Below are positions 28,552 to 41,479 of a stretch of 64,000 nucleotides of DNA, piece after piece (the first letter of the stretch is position 1; each line of letters opens with the position of its first letter). The notes below the pieces were generated by a model that worked only from the letters and a program-made list of their open reading frames with translations, was not told the origin of the DNA and ran no database searches. Where the stretch lies: positions 124,001 to 188,000 of the forward strand of contig JAKMXF010000011.1 of NCBI GenBank assembly GCA_024704765.1, given 5' to 3'. The translations under genes and the position numbers were made by a program. This DNA comes from Oopsacas minuta (lineage: Eukaryota; Animalia; Porifera).

Positions 28552-28686
28552 CTGAGCTGTGTTGTTGAAATCGCCAAATTGAGCCTCCCACATAATTAGA
28601 GAATGAGGATTCGACATACTAAATCCAAGTTCAAATCCAAGAACAGCAAATTCACTTAAACTAGAATTACACACCTTGTACTCAGC
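28552..28686 (-). CDS. OGDH: OGDH internal exon ([45 protein letters not shown])
   Basis: Conserved NSSLSE and WEAQFGDF motifs. Acceptor TTTTATTTTAG|GCT, donor CAG|GTATTT; 135 bp, phase 0/0. Confidence 0.96.
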
Positions 28687-30949
28687 CTAAAATAAAAATA
28701 TCAGGAATACATTTTCGTTGTAGTGTTCTAAAGAAAATAGTCCCTCTGTATGAATAAAATGTTTTATAAACATGTACGGCGGACTTCAGGGTTATAAGGG
28801 GAAAGGATATATTGATCAGAATGTTAATAGACCTTTGATCAGAGTTTAGAGGGGAACCTTAATCAGAAAGGGATATTATAGCTCCTACTTGTGTCCATAG
28901 CGTCTTTAAGGCATTACTGGAGTTGTTGAGTTTGACCATTCTTTGAATTAATTGAAAATTATCCCTATTTGTTGATCAGTGGATCTAAAGATATTCTTCA
29001 AGCAAGGTGTCAAGCTTGATTTGTCATTCAATTAGTAGAAAATAGCCTCTAAGTGTTGGGCTTGGGCTTTCAAGCTATTTTTGATGATTTTAGTTTGAAA
29101 TGCCCACTGGAATAAGTATAAACTAGATCTCACATGATGCAATAACGTTTTCCAAGCGAAAGTCTAGATCCTATCAAAGTTTACAGACTGAAAATTTGGG
29201 ATCAGATATGCCAAAATATATATTCAATCCCACCTTTCAGATCAAAGTTAGAATTAGATTTTGTGGAAATGGAAGAGGTTTCCGATTAAAATCATAATGT
29301 TCTGATTAAAGTTCTACCTTGATTTTGTGATTAATTTCTAGTATATCATTACTGATAAAAATATACAGTAGATTTAAAAGTTATATTGAATTCCTCTCCC
29401 CAATCTTGTTGAAAAAATTATATAACAACATCCAAGCATGGATAGTAAATAATCAAGGGTTAATACATGACAAACAATGGTATGAGTGCCTCAAGATTTC
29501 AGATAAATTTAATCTACTATCCATGGTTAAAAACGAATGTTCATATATGGGGAATAATTGCATAGGCGGGAACATTTTCATCAACAGTAGAATAAAAATG
29601 ATAATATAACAGAAATCGGAACAAGTTATATTAGTTAACTGAAAGATTGCTACAGGGAAATTTTTACAGTGGTTCACCATCTCGAGTTTCGAACGATCTC
29701 GACATAGATCAAAATACTAAGAATTATATCTCATTTGAAAGAGCATTGGGGAATTAAGTGTTTCGCATACTTCCATTTAGAACAATAGTAATCAAGAAGC
29801 ATTAGCAACTATTATCATTATCTATTGGAATATATCTTTAGTACCGCAACTATAATTTAATACGTATCTCGTACTTATATAAAATGTATCCCAATTTCAA
29901 TCTTTCTTTGTTAGACCATAGACAACGCTCACTAGAATGGAAGTTATAAACAGGGATATATTAATAGCACATCTAAAGATTCCAATTTATTTGCCACTGT
30001 TTTAGGCATATATTTATCTGTTTTATCACAACTTCGAGACCTCAGAACTTCACAACTCGCGAACTGTCAACTTAAATCGTTACATTCTGTAGCTAATTAA
30101 TTCACTATTGAATGAGTTAAGTATTAGTTGGTCTGAAGTAATCTGAAAGAAATTGCATTTAATATAGCTAGATAACTTGCTAACATATCACCAAATGTTT
30201 GATTTCGAAAACAACATAAAATATTATGGTTGCTTGAGCTAATTCATTCCAGCATCGTTAATTTATACGTATGTACTGTACATCGATCTCTTCTACAAAT
30301 GGTTGACATAGTTCGATCAGTAATCGAAGATTTCGTTTATCCTTTTTATGTTACAGACCAGTTCAACAATTCCATCTGAACTGGAACATGAAGAACGAGC
30401 CCAAGTCTTTCCAAAAAAATGCGTAAGGGAGAAATGACATGGAGTTCCGAGTTGGACGCTTAGAACTCCATGTCATTTGTCCTCTACAAAAACGGCCAAA
30501 ATTTGTTGAAACTACTATTACTAGTGTTTCATTGGGAGAGTGCTTTAGGTGTTCAGAATGAAAATCAATAGGTGACTTGACAATTAAGAGTTTGAGGAAA
30601 CTCGTCTCTTCTTTTGAAACGTATCTAGATTCCGTTGCTAAAGGCGAGTATGCACCTCAAAGTCTATTGTCAGGCATTTGTTACTACTCCGATCAAATGA
30701 GAAATATGAATTTTGGTAAAGCAAAACTCAAAGTTAAAATGATTGCACCTCACATGGATCTCTTGGAACAAATTTGATGTTACATCTTCTAAATCTCTCA
30801 TTTGATAAATTATAAAGGTCTAGAAAACATACTGATAGTGTAGCACCGGCCTCCGAGTTATATTTCCTTTCAAGAACAAATCATTAGTCGCTAAAGCCAA
30901 AATATAAATATTATTATAAGGTATTTATCACAAGATAAATCATATAGAT

Positions 30950-33900
30950 TAGGCCGGATCGAGAAAAGTATAAATCGTCGGTTCAACTTCTACCGAAGGG
31001 AAAAGTTGCCTTTACCATTTTCTAGGAAAATGCGAGACTTAAATTTGAAAAATATTTCGATTTGACCCTTGCGGTTTTATATTTTTGCTGTGTCACTTTC
31101 GCAAAATTGATTTTATATTGTCCGAATTTTCAAATTCCTTTGACTTAGCCCCTTTATATATATTATTTGGTAATAGTAAGTCGCATATTTGCTATTGAAT
31201 GGTATATTAATCGAATTTCTATGTCCAAGGATACTCAAGTTATTAAGATTTTTTTGCATATTCTATCATACCCTAATATTATTACCTACCCCCTTTTTTT
31301 CCGATTATTTGAAAATTATTAGCTTTTGTATCTATCGTGGTATATGATTCAATTATGTTATATCAAGTATATTTTACATGCATAATCTTTCTTTGACTCT
31401 AATGCGGGCATTTTTTCTCTTGATGTTAGGGTTGAAAGAATTAATCCATGACTCGTATCTTCTCCTGTTACTGAACACGAACTTTTAGTGACTAATTGAA
31501 TAGTCTTTTCAACAGCTGGTGTATGCATGAATATGCTGGAATTTCTAGTGGAGTACGTACACAATTAATTAGACTTCTTTTGAGAGGTATCTTGTAAAAG
31601 GCGGTTCTGTGATAAAAGAGGTTTCCCAATCAATCATATCCACCTATGTTTCAGCATTGAACCTTATTGAAGAAAGATTAAATGGGCGAATTTCAATCAG
31701 TCTAAATGATGAACCGTTAATTCGGATATCTAAAATAGTCTTCACAGCCTTTTGCCTAATTTGTTCATCATTATCTGCAAGAATCGATAACAGGAGATTT
31801 TCTGGATGACAAAAATATGAGTTTCTCTGTATCACATCGCAAATTACTTCTTGGTCAGACTCCGATAGCTCTCGCAGCAAAGATATCGCAAAAAACATAT
31901 TTTTAGGTCCATCTGTGCGAATCGGGTTACTCTTGATTCTAAACCAAACTGGTGCATAATAATTGACAATAAAATTGACAAGTCGGGATAATTCAGGTGT
32001 GGGATGTATCGTAGAAATGTACGACCTAAGTAATCTGTTGGCCAGTGTTGTCCATCTAGCATGATGTAAAGGACCAGGTTGCATCGATGCCAGTTCAGAT
32101 GAGCAAATACCAGTCTGAACTGCATGGCAGATATTATATAGATATTTCTGATCTTTATTTAAATTCTTGAGACTATCGGAATCAATAAGTTGAGTTTTAC
32201 CGCATAAAGGGTGATACGCTGCAATTGGTTTGCAAGTAAAATCACAATTAAGTTCTTTACCAATTACTCCTTTAAAAGAATTGGGTCTACTGGTTTTTCC
32301 ATCTACTATTTGAAAGAGATGCCTCAATGGAAGTTCATCCATTAAATTTTAATTACGCTCCCTGCAAAGATCAGTCAATTCCCTTGCTATATCTTTGGCT
32401 TTACCAGAACTTGGTGTTACATGGGCAACATACTGATTCCCCGGTTCAGATAAGACTGTATAATGTTCTTCATTTGCAGTATCCTGATGCAAATGTCCAT
32501 CTTCTCTTTCTACCAGTACTCGAGTTTGATCTTTACGGCCATCAAAATATATTGCAGATATATCATTGATAGTTTCGTGAGCCTCATTAGCCAATTCCTT
32601 TCTCACAGAGAATCTAGATCTACGAGTTTTATCTATCAATAATTTGACTATCTTCTCCCTGTGTGATAATACCGTAATCCTGCAGTACTGCGTTAGCTAT
32701 AGCTGCGCCTGCCCGATCGCTAATTTGTTATCTATCACACATTATGGCTAAATTTCGTAATTGATTATGATTACGTGTATACTTGTGAGTATTAGATGTA
32801 CTCGAGTCAAAAGATTCAAACTCTTCAAAGTCACATTCTATAAATTCTTGCGAAGGTTGAACTGCATATAATCTCTTCATTTCCCTTTCTTCTCTTTCAT
32901 ATTGTGCCTCTTTTCTTTTTTGTTTAACAAAATTTTTAGAGGTTGTCATGCAATCCAAGCTGGATATGAATAATTTTCGAGCGTTTCGCTGATCAAAGAG
33001 AAATGGTCACTCACGGCGTGGTATCTATTTATCGAGAGAGCAAAAACATTTACCTTCCTGAATTAGGCATTTGCAACTTGAGACATCGAACAAGACATTG
33101 AATTCGGAAATAATAGGCTGTATACGGTCAGGTTGTTGCTTGTTTTGGATACTTTTTCCGTAGTATTTAGCTCTCTCAATAATATCAGAATTGATGTACT
33201 GTTTTATTTTGAGCTCTGATATAGTGGGTATGGAAGCCAAATTATAGATACGCACTAATACTTCAGTTAGTTCTTTCGCTATATCATCTCTAGTTGATTT
33301 AGAATCTTCATTTCTAAGCATTCTATAATGATTGTATAGATCTAGTTTTGTTGGAAGTTGATTTTCTGGAATGGGTCCTGGATAGCCAAAAATAGGATGA
33401 AATACTTTACTACGCGTGTTTTCTGCCATTTCAAAAATAAATATATTTTAGGAATATAATCACTCAATAATATGAATGATTTGATCGAGCATTGATATAG
33501 ATACTATAATTGACCATAAATTCCATGCTAGATAAATGTTAACTAAGTTAGAACAAGAGATAAGGAATGTTGGTAAAATTTCTTTGTGGTAACCTATTGA
33601 AGAATTTGGATCTAGATAAAGAAATATACTAAGTTTGGTGATTATATAAAAATTTTACTAAGAATATAGAATTTTCAAATAATCGGAAAAAAAGGGGGGT
33701 GGGTAATAATATTAGGGTATGATAGAATATGCAAAAGAAATCTTGATAACTTGAGTATCCTTGGACATAGAAATTCGATTAATATACCATTCAATAGCAA
33801 ATATGCGACTTACTATTACCAAATAATATATATAAAGGGGCTAAGTCAAAGGAATTTGAAAATTCGGACAATATAAAATCAATTTTGCGAAAGTGACACA

Positions 33901-34039
33901 GCAAAAATATGAAACCGCAAGGGTCAAATCGAAATATTTTTCAAATTTAAGTCTCGCATTTTCCTAGAAAATGGTAAAGGCACCTTTTCCCTTAGGTAGA
34001 AGTTGAACTGACGATTTATACTTTTCTCGATCCGGCCTA
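30950..34039 (-). mobile_element. hAT-superfamily element with ~370-bp TIRs (TAGGCCGG termini; hATm-like by inference); defective transposase 31358-33429
   Basis: Perfect 8-bp TSD ATATAGAT on both sides. TIR TAGGCCGGATCGAGAAAAGTATAAATCGTC extends to ~31317/33670. Protein pieces: YFDGRKD, ELPLRHLF..DGKT, DQKYL, PGPLHHARW.T.ANR.LR, HTPAVEKTIQLVT. Confidence 0.8.
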
Positions 34040-36715
34040 ATATAGATACAAATTTTGAAATGTAAAATTAGAATCTACATAGCGAATACCATGACTAACA
34101 AATGAGACGAAATCTCTAGCATCACTTTGAAATATAACCAAAATTGCGAGAAAATATGATAAATCAGATGAAACTCTGTGAATTTGTAACTATCAGGCTC
34201 TGAAATTATTGAAATCGGAATCTACAGAGAAAATTACCCCTGGCAACATTTAGAAACTTAATCTCTAAGCGTGATTATGAAATTGCAAAGGAAGCCGTGA
34301 AAATATGATTAATCAGTAATCGCCCAAAAGTGCAATTCACCTTGTCAATGTATATAGTACATTGAATTACGACATCTCTCAATGGGAGTTAGAAGTTTCG
34401 CTAAAAAACAAATCGAATAACAAGATTGTAATGACAATTCATAATATGATTGAATAAAATTAGGGACACAACTAAAGCAAGGGCGAAAAATATAAGTTAC
34501 ATTAGGCCCACCGTGGCTAATCCAATTGTGTTTGAGAACATTCAGTTGGTTTCTTCAGTTGGCATCCCATATAGAGGTTTCAATATATAAATGGATTTAC
34601 AAATATCATATGATGTTAGTAGAGAAGAAATGAATTATAAGCTCGATAGCAGAATAGCTCAATACCGATATTGATTCTACATCAGTTCAAGGTGGAATAA
34701 CTACAACAGGGAAAATAGTTCTGGGTTGTTTCAGACATTCTAACAACATTGAGAAAGATTTCTCTATTGGGTAGTATTCGTTATTCCATCCCAGAATCAT
34801 TCGGTTGCAACATTAATCTGTAATCATTTCTGAGTCATCTTGAGGAAATATAATTGCAGCAGGAGAGTAGCCATTTAAGGCTTTGAGAATTTGTGCAGCA
34901 CTGAAGTCTTTCACGTTGAAAATATACACAGATTCTCGAGTTACGTAAACTAGCTTTTTAGGCCACATGCGGCCTAAAAGTAATATATGCAGTGCCTGAT
35001 AGACCTATGTAAGTTGGCAGCATATGTAGCTAGTAGTATCACATTTCACAATAGTGAAAAACTCACCCCAATATGAAACGTTTCAAGTACACTCATTATA
35101 TACATTAACCCATATTACTAACAATTAGCATGTCTATACTATTACAACGCAAATGATATTTGTATATACATGTCTACGTATGTATACAAGTGTGTATATA
35201 TATGTTAATGTGTCTAGAGTTCGAAATTAGCCCGATGACGAAAATATAACGTCATTGTCACATCTGGAATTTCTGAAAGTCAAATAAAATTCATATTTGC
35301 CACTGCTCAGGGAATATGCATAATCGAAGTTTGAATTTGAATCTCAGTTAGGCCTCAATTACACAAATGCAAACTCATCATGGAATGATTACTTCATAAT
35401 GACTGCAAAAATTGAAATTTTACACATTCGAGAATTTTTAGAATATATTAATAACGAGCAACAAAATTCCAATATTCCACCTCAAAAGCACCTAGCAGCA
35501 CCAGTATTACAACACAAGTCCATTAAATTGAATTTGGATGGACCATGGATAATAACTAACTTCATTTCCGCAAAAGGTTTACTTACATACACGTAGTGCT
35601 GAGTATATCCGGTCGCGTACGACAAAAAAGCATCAAGAAATTTAGCTGTAACCAACAAGCAAACTTAGGTACCAAGCCATTGCGCGAGCGACCTAGCATG
35701 CGGAGTGTGCTGGTATTTAGTATTTTCAGAGTGCAGACTTTACATTTTATAATGCTATCAAATATTGCATTGAGAGAATGATCAAATATAATGTTTCTAA
35801 TAATATATAGCAATTGTTGCATAAATACTTATACGTAATTTACTATCTATCAGGTGGATTAGTGTTTCAGTAAATGTATAGTTTTTATCTTAACATCTGA
35901 GTCAAATTAATGCAATCTTGTAAAAACCGTGAAAGGTGGGTCATTTTGTGTAAATATTTTCAGTAGGATATCACTGCAACAAATTTCAATATTTTATGAT
36001 GAAATTTTGGCTACTGGGGTTTAAATTAAAGATTATTCTTTGGCATGTCAGATTCTGAGAATGACTTAGCATTTGAAAATTATGCCATATTAAATTTGCA
36101 AAAATAATTAAATAGTTCTCGTTTCCTAAATTCATAAACCTATAGGATGTTCATAATAGTATCTTGTTTCAATAACGAATACTAGTAAATAGGAAACAAA
36201 TTAGTTATTGACGAATTGCATCCTAATATTGTATGAAGCATAATACGTATTATGATTCGGATATGTTGTATAGGAATGTGATATATTACGTCAACTACAA
36301 AAATACATATACATTTAAACCTAAATTAGTGTATATCAAATTATTTAACATAAATTATAATCATACAAAGCTGTAAAATGATTGGAGAAAAATTTGAAAT
36401 CGATTCACAATTACTAACGTTTTCAAAAGAAGTGAAGAACCACTATTTGAGGTGTACTCAGCTTAGATAAACAATACACCACGATCAGTGAGAAAATAAT
36501 CTTGAACAAATAGTTCTTAAGTGCAGAACTTATTACAAGTACTGAAACTCCAGCCCAAAGTTAGCCAGTTAGTTTCTAATTCGTGATTTTCGTAAAACTC
36601 TAATACCTCCATTCCAATTTCACCCATCAGTATCAAATCCTATTGGAGTAACAGTTAACTACGTACATTGACTACATAAAGTAAATCTCTTGAAACGTAG
36701 CATCACACTCTATAC

Positions 36716-38782
36716 CAGGGGTTTTCAACCAGTGGGTCGTGGAAGGAAGGAATTTTTACTGAATTTCAGTGATTCTATTACTATTAATTTGTGGTTAGTG
36801 TCCCATTGCGTAATTAGAAACCCTATAGTCATTATATGACATCATTGTATTGATTATGAAATAACATAGAAGAAATAGAATCTTGAAGGAATACATACAA
36901 TTCGTGACATGTCACGAATTGTAATGTCACGAATTGTAATGGGACGAATTGTAGGCCACGAATTGTAATGCTACGAATTGTATGTATTCCAATATTGAAG
37001 TTTAATACTTTAATAAATAACCTATGAAGTCCAGGCTTGTATGTACAACAAAGAATTATATAAAGACATTTCTAGGCCTTTCAACTTTAACAAGTCCTTC
37101 TAATCGTATTTTTACTTAAATGGCAACTAAACGTGCTCCGAAGCGTGCTTACTCAGATGATTATCTGAAACTTGGATTTGCAAGTATAGTAATTGAAGGT
37201 ATTGAAAAACCACAATCCGTGATGTGTCTGAAAGTATTATCTGCAGAGTCTATGAAGCCGTTTCAGCTTAAAAGACATTTTGAGAAAGAACATCCAACAT
37301 ATAATGACCGAGATGTTTCTTTCTTCCAAAGACAATCTCAATCTGTCAAGAAATCTAGACTTGATACGACAGGACAGACAGCTATCACTATAATAGCCGC
37401 AGTTGAAGCACCATATGTTGTGTCACTACGTATTTCTAAATCTAAGAAACCCCATACTATTGGTGAAGAGCTAGTTTTGCCCTGCATGAAAGACATTGTG
37501 CGCATAATGATTGGAGCAGATGCAGTAAAAAAACTAAGTTCGCTGCCAATTTCAGATAACACTGTTCAGCGCAGAATTCAAGAAATGTCAGAGGATATTA
37601 AGAACCAAGTTGTGGAGCAAATCAAACAGTCACCCATCTTTGTTTTGCAATTAGATGAGTCAACTGATGTTTCTTCTTGTGCTCAGTTGATGATATATGT
37701 ACGTTATATCCACGATTCTAACTTCAAAGAAGAGTTCCTGTTTTGTCAGCCACTTGATTCTCAAACACGTGGAATTGATGTTTTCAACAAAGTAGACACC
37801 TTTTTTGTAAAAGAAGGTTTCGATTAGAAAAAAGTTGGGGCTGTTTGCACAGATGGCGCTCCTTCTATGTTGGGAAGCCATTCTGGGTTCCAGACACGCG
37901 TTAAACAGTTTGTCCCAGATGTGATAACAAATCACTGTATGATTCACCGAGAAGCCCTTGCAGCGAAGACTTAGCCAGCCTCGCTAAATGTTATCTTGCA
38001 AGAGGTAAGTAAAATAATCAATTTCGTTAAAAGTAGCGCACTCAACACTCGTCTCTTCAGAAATCTTTGGTTAGATATGGATGCTGCGCATATGAATCTG
38101 TTATATCACACTGAAGTTAGATGGCTTTCAAAGGGCAATGTTTTGAAACGTGTTCTAGACCTCAAGGGAAGAAACAACAGAATTTTTAAAACTCCAAAAG
38201 CGGACGCATTGGCATGATTTATTCGAAAATCACGAATGGATTACTAGACTTTGTTATCTCTGCGATATTTTTGAAAGACTCAATACTCTGAACCTCTCAT
38301 TGCAAGGTAAAGATAGTAATATTATGGATTTTGTAGACAAGCTTTCTGCCTTTCAAGCAATGCTTGATCTCTGGAGAAACAAGATAAATAGTGGTAGGAT
38401 TACAATGTTTTCTCACCTCTGTAGCTATGTTGAAGATTGCGAAATTAGTATCAGCGAAGCTTTGCAAAATGACATTGCAACGCATTTGCAATCACTTAAA
38501 GATGAATTCTCTAGATACTTTCCAGAAACAACAAAATCCAAATTTAATCTTATTCGAAATCCTTTTCTGGCCAAAATAGATGACTGCATTCCTGATAATC
38601 ACGATGCAGCACAGGAGGATTTCATCAAACTTGTAAACGATTCAGGAGCACAAACATTATTTTCAAGAGTTGATTTGCCATCTTTTTGGAGTTCTGTGCT
38701 TGGAAGCTATCCAATAGTATCACAGATTGCCCTGAAGTTACTCATGCCATTCCCATCAACTTATTTGTGTGAAGCGGCGTTT
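36716..38782 (+). mobile_element. hAT Charlie/Buster (ZBED5/ZBED8-like) element lacking its right end; transposase pseudogene 37120-38782
   Basis: CTCTATAC|CAGGGGTTTTCAACC left end. Motifs: ESMKP..LKRHF..EH, KPHTIGEELVLP, QLDESTDVS, CTDGAPSMLG, HCMIHREALA, HTEVRWLSKG, PFPSTYLCEAAF; the sequence then switches to Transib. Confidence 0.87.
36888..36990. mobile_element. 103-bp MULE/Mutator-type MITE with internal 15-bp tandem units
   Basis: TIR GGAATACATACAATTCGT at both ends; 9-bp TSD AATCTTGAA/AATATTGAA (8/9); interior is repeats of (G)TCACGAATTGTAAT. Confidence 0.75.
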
Positions 38783-41479
38783 CATTCCATCCTTGGTCTG
38801 ACCATTCAACACTTGCTTTCAACATTAGACCCAGTTCCTGATTCACACTATCCACTAAAAAATTAAGATATCTGATGGATTGGATGGCTCCGGTTGTCAT
38901 AAAACCTTAACCAACAAAGCAACAATTCTGTATTAAGCACAAAGAAGTTCATTTTGTTCGGATTCAAAGTAATGTCAATTTCGCACACACTTGGAAATGA
39001 CGTGTTCTATAACAGCTCACCCAACTCTCCGTTCTGCTTTAGGCCAGTAGCACTGATAGCTCTGAAAGAAGATTATTCTAGTGTAAAGCTTATCATGAAT
39101 ACAATAGTCAATCCTCAAACAGACCATATCATACAGGATGGGTTATCTCTTATTGGAGGCCATGCACAGGTCGAGATAGTCCGTTCCCTTTTTGATACCA
39201 AGATGGCAGGATTGCTGGATGGAGCTGGTGGGGCTTCTTGTCATCTGTGTACTGCAACGGATAGCCAAATTAAAAGTTTAGAATGGGCCCATTCTGGTTT
39301 CCCTATTAACAGACTAATTAGCGACGCTCGGCAACTTTTTGAAGAGGTTGATGAAGAAGATTACTTGAAACTGCCATCAAATCAACGTGTTGGTATTACG
39401 CATCAGCCAACTTCTAACATCGATATTATAGCTGCGTCTCCTTTGGATGCTTACCTTTGTGTATTCAGGTGGTTCATGCTGTTGATATACCATCTTGATG
39501 CAGGACACAAGGTATGGGCGCCATCAAACTCGAAAGTAAATTCTTCCATGAAACGGGTTCGAACTATACTCCAGGAAAATGTAATTTCAGTGTCGATATC
39601 CCTTCAAGCCAGGGCGGCACTTCAACTACTGGTAACATTGCGCGAGACTGCTTTTTAAATAAGAGAGACTTTTTACGGGGGCCACTTCTTCCATTAATCC
39701 TTCAGATAAAATATCATTAGAGAAGATCCAGACAAATCTATTAAGAGTCCTCAACAGTGGTGACTCGATTAATTGAGACAAAATGCAAGAATTGTGGAAA
39801 AGAAACGTACGAATTTATTCTAGTTGAGTACCCATGGGTAAGCATTACTCCATCCTTGCATAAGTTACTTGCCCATTCGTTGCAGTTAATAGGTGCTTAC
39901 GATAATGGCAAGGGATTACAGAATCTCTCTGAGGAATGTTCAGAATCCTACAATAAATTTGTAAGACGGTATCGGGAGAATCTTGCAAGAAAAACTTCTT
40001 TCACAGATAATGTTAGAGATATTTTAGTCAGGGGCCTTATTAACTAAAATTCTAAGAATTATTCTTAACTTAATTCTAAGTGTATTTCTAAGAATAATGC
40101 TAAGAATTCATGAATTATTCTTAGTTTTCGTTAAGAATTCTTAACTTGGCTATACTTAACGGATTTTAAGAAATATTCTTAGAATTGGGTAATTCTACTT
40201 GATTGATTCTTGCTATTGATTAATCAAATTTATGCCAATTCATCCGACTTCAATCGCTTTTTGAGAAGATATGCACATAGTAGAAAATACAATCCTTATA
40301 CTTGTATACTTGATTTATCATGAATGAGATTCACGAGCGACATAATCTCCTCCTGAGTAAATTCTTGAAGGAGTTTCGATTTTTCAGTGGCCATAACGCG
40401 AGCGATTTGTAAGATATTATCACAATTAATTAATATTTTATTATTATTTATACTTATCACTAAAGATGATAATATACGTAAATGGATAAAATTGCATAGA
40501 TTATGTATATTTTTGCAGGAGGTTACTCAAATGACTTTGACATTATTTACCTTAGTTTAGATACAACACTATTATGTTTCAAAATATATGAGAAATAATT
40601 CAATCACATAAATACATTTTTTGATGTCATAATACAATTCAGAGTGACGTCAAGAAATAGTATCTAAATATAGTTGGTATGTAATTAGACTATAGTTCTA
40701 TGCTGCGGGATTACAACACGGTGGATATGATAATCAAACATATTGTCTTAAGCGATAAACAATCTTCTTTGTAAATAAATGCGTATTGATTATAATTTCA
40801 TAGAAAAGTAGAATAAATTATAAGTTAAGTGTCCTCTTTACCTCACTAAATATTTTTCTTAGAATTATTCTAAGAATTGTGTCGTATTCTAAGAATTTAA
40901 CTTAAGAATTAATCTAATACCACTAATATAAATTCTAAGAATAAGACTTAAGTGTTGGGAATTTCTAAGAATTATTCTAAGATTTTGACTTAAAGTTAAG
41001 CAAAATTCTAAGAATTTGACTTAAGAATTTTAGTTAATAAGAACCCAGGTTGTTATGTAATAGTGACCCCATCTTAGTACAGAATCGTTTGAAGTACGCA
41101 AAGAAGAAAAGAGACGTTGCAAATAGCCTCCAAGAAATATTATATAATAGTATACTATGAGATGATTTATGATAATAAGTGTATCCAATAGTCATACATA
41201 ATTAAGGGTCTTTAAATTGTACGTTATCAAATAGCAGAATAGAGACCATGACATGCATGTATTATCAACTTTCATAATATCCTCACTAATGAAACTACAA
41301 GTGCTAAAAATTAGAAAATGTAAGTAATTACGTCATATCTAGGTTTATAGTCGTGCTACTAAAAAATCATTGGTATTTTTGAAATCTACAGTGTCGATTT
41401 AGTATATGTAAGTATAATTGCGGTGATATTATAGATTCATTTACCTATTTCCCCATTATGGCCATTTTGCCACACTGTG
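38783..41479 (+). mobile_element. Transib (RAG1-core-like) transposon, 5'-truncated pseudogene, interrupted by a MITE; right TIR begins with CACAGTG
   Basis: Motifs DGLDGSGCH, SPFCFRPVAL, LFDTKM..GAGGASCHLC, SPLDAY, TTGNIARDCF, PSLHKLLAH, SEECSESYNK. DILVR|LLCNSDP rejoins across the MITE. CACTGTG at 41473-41479. Confidence 0.88.
40032..41045. mobile_element. PIF/Harbinger-like MITE, copy 2
   Basis: CAG|GGGCCTTATTAACTAAAATTCT ... AGAATTTTAGTTAATAAGAACC|CAG (3-bp CAG TSD). The left arm matches copy 1. Confidence 0.7.

Noticed and set aside
29050-29610. Possible L1/Tx1-like RT remnant here and at ~60300-61000
   Set aside because: Only weak partial motif resemblance (e.g. KKLYNNIQAWIVNNQG; IPKG...FR); too degraded to support without a profile search.
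36900-36985. Short repeated units resembling a CRISPR-like array
   Set aside because: There are no unique spacers and the context is eukaryotic; explained as the interior of a MITE.
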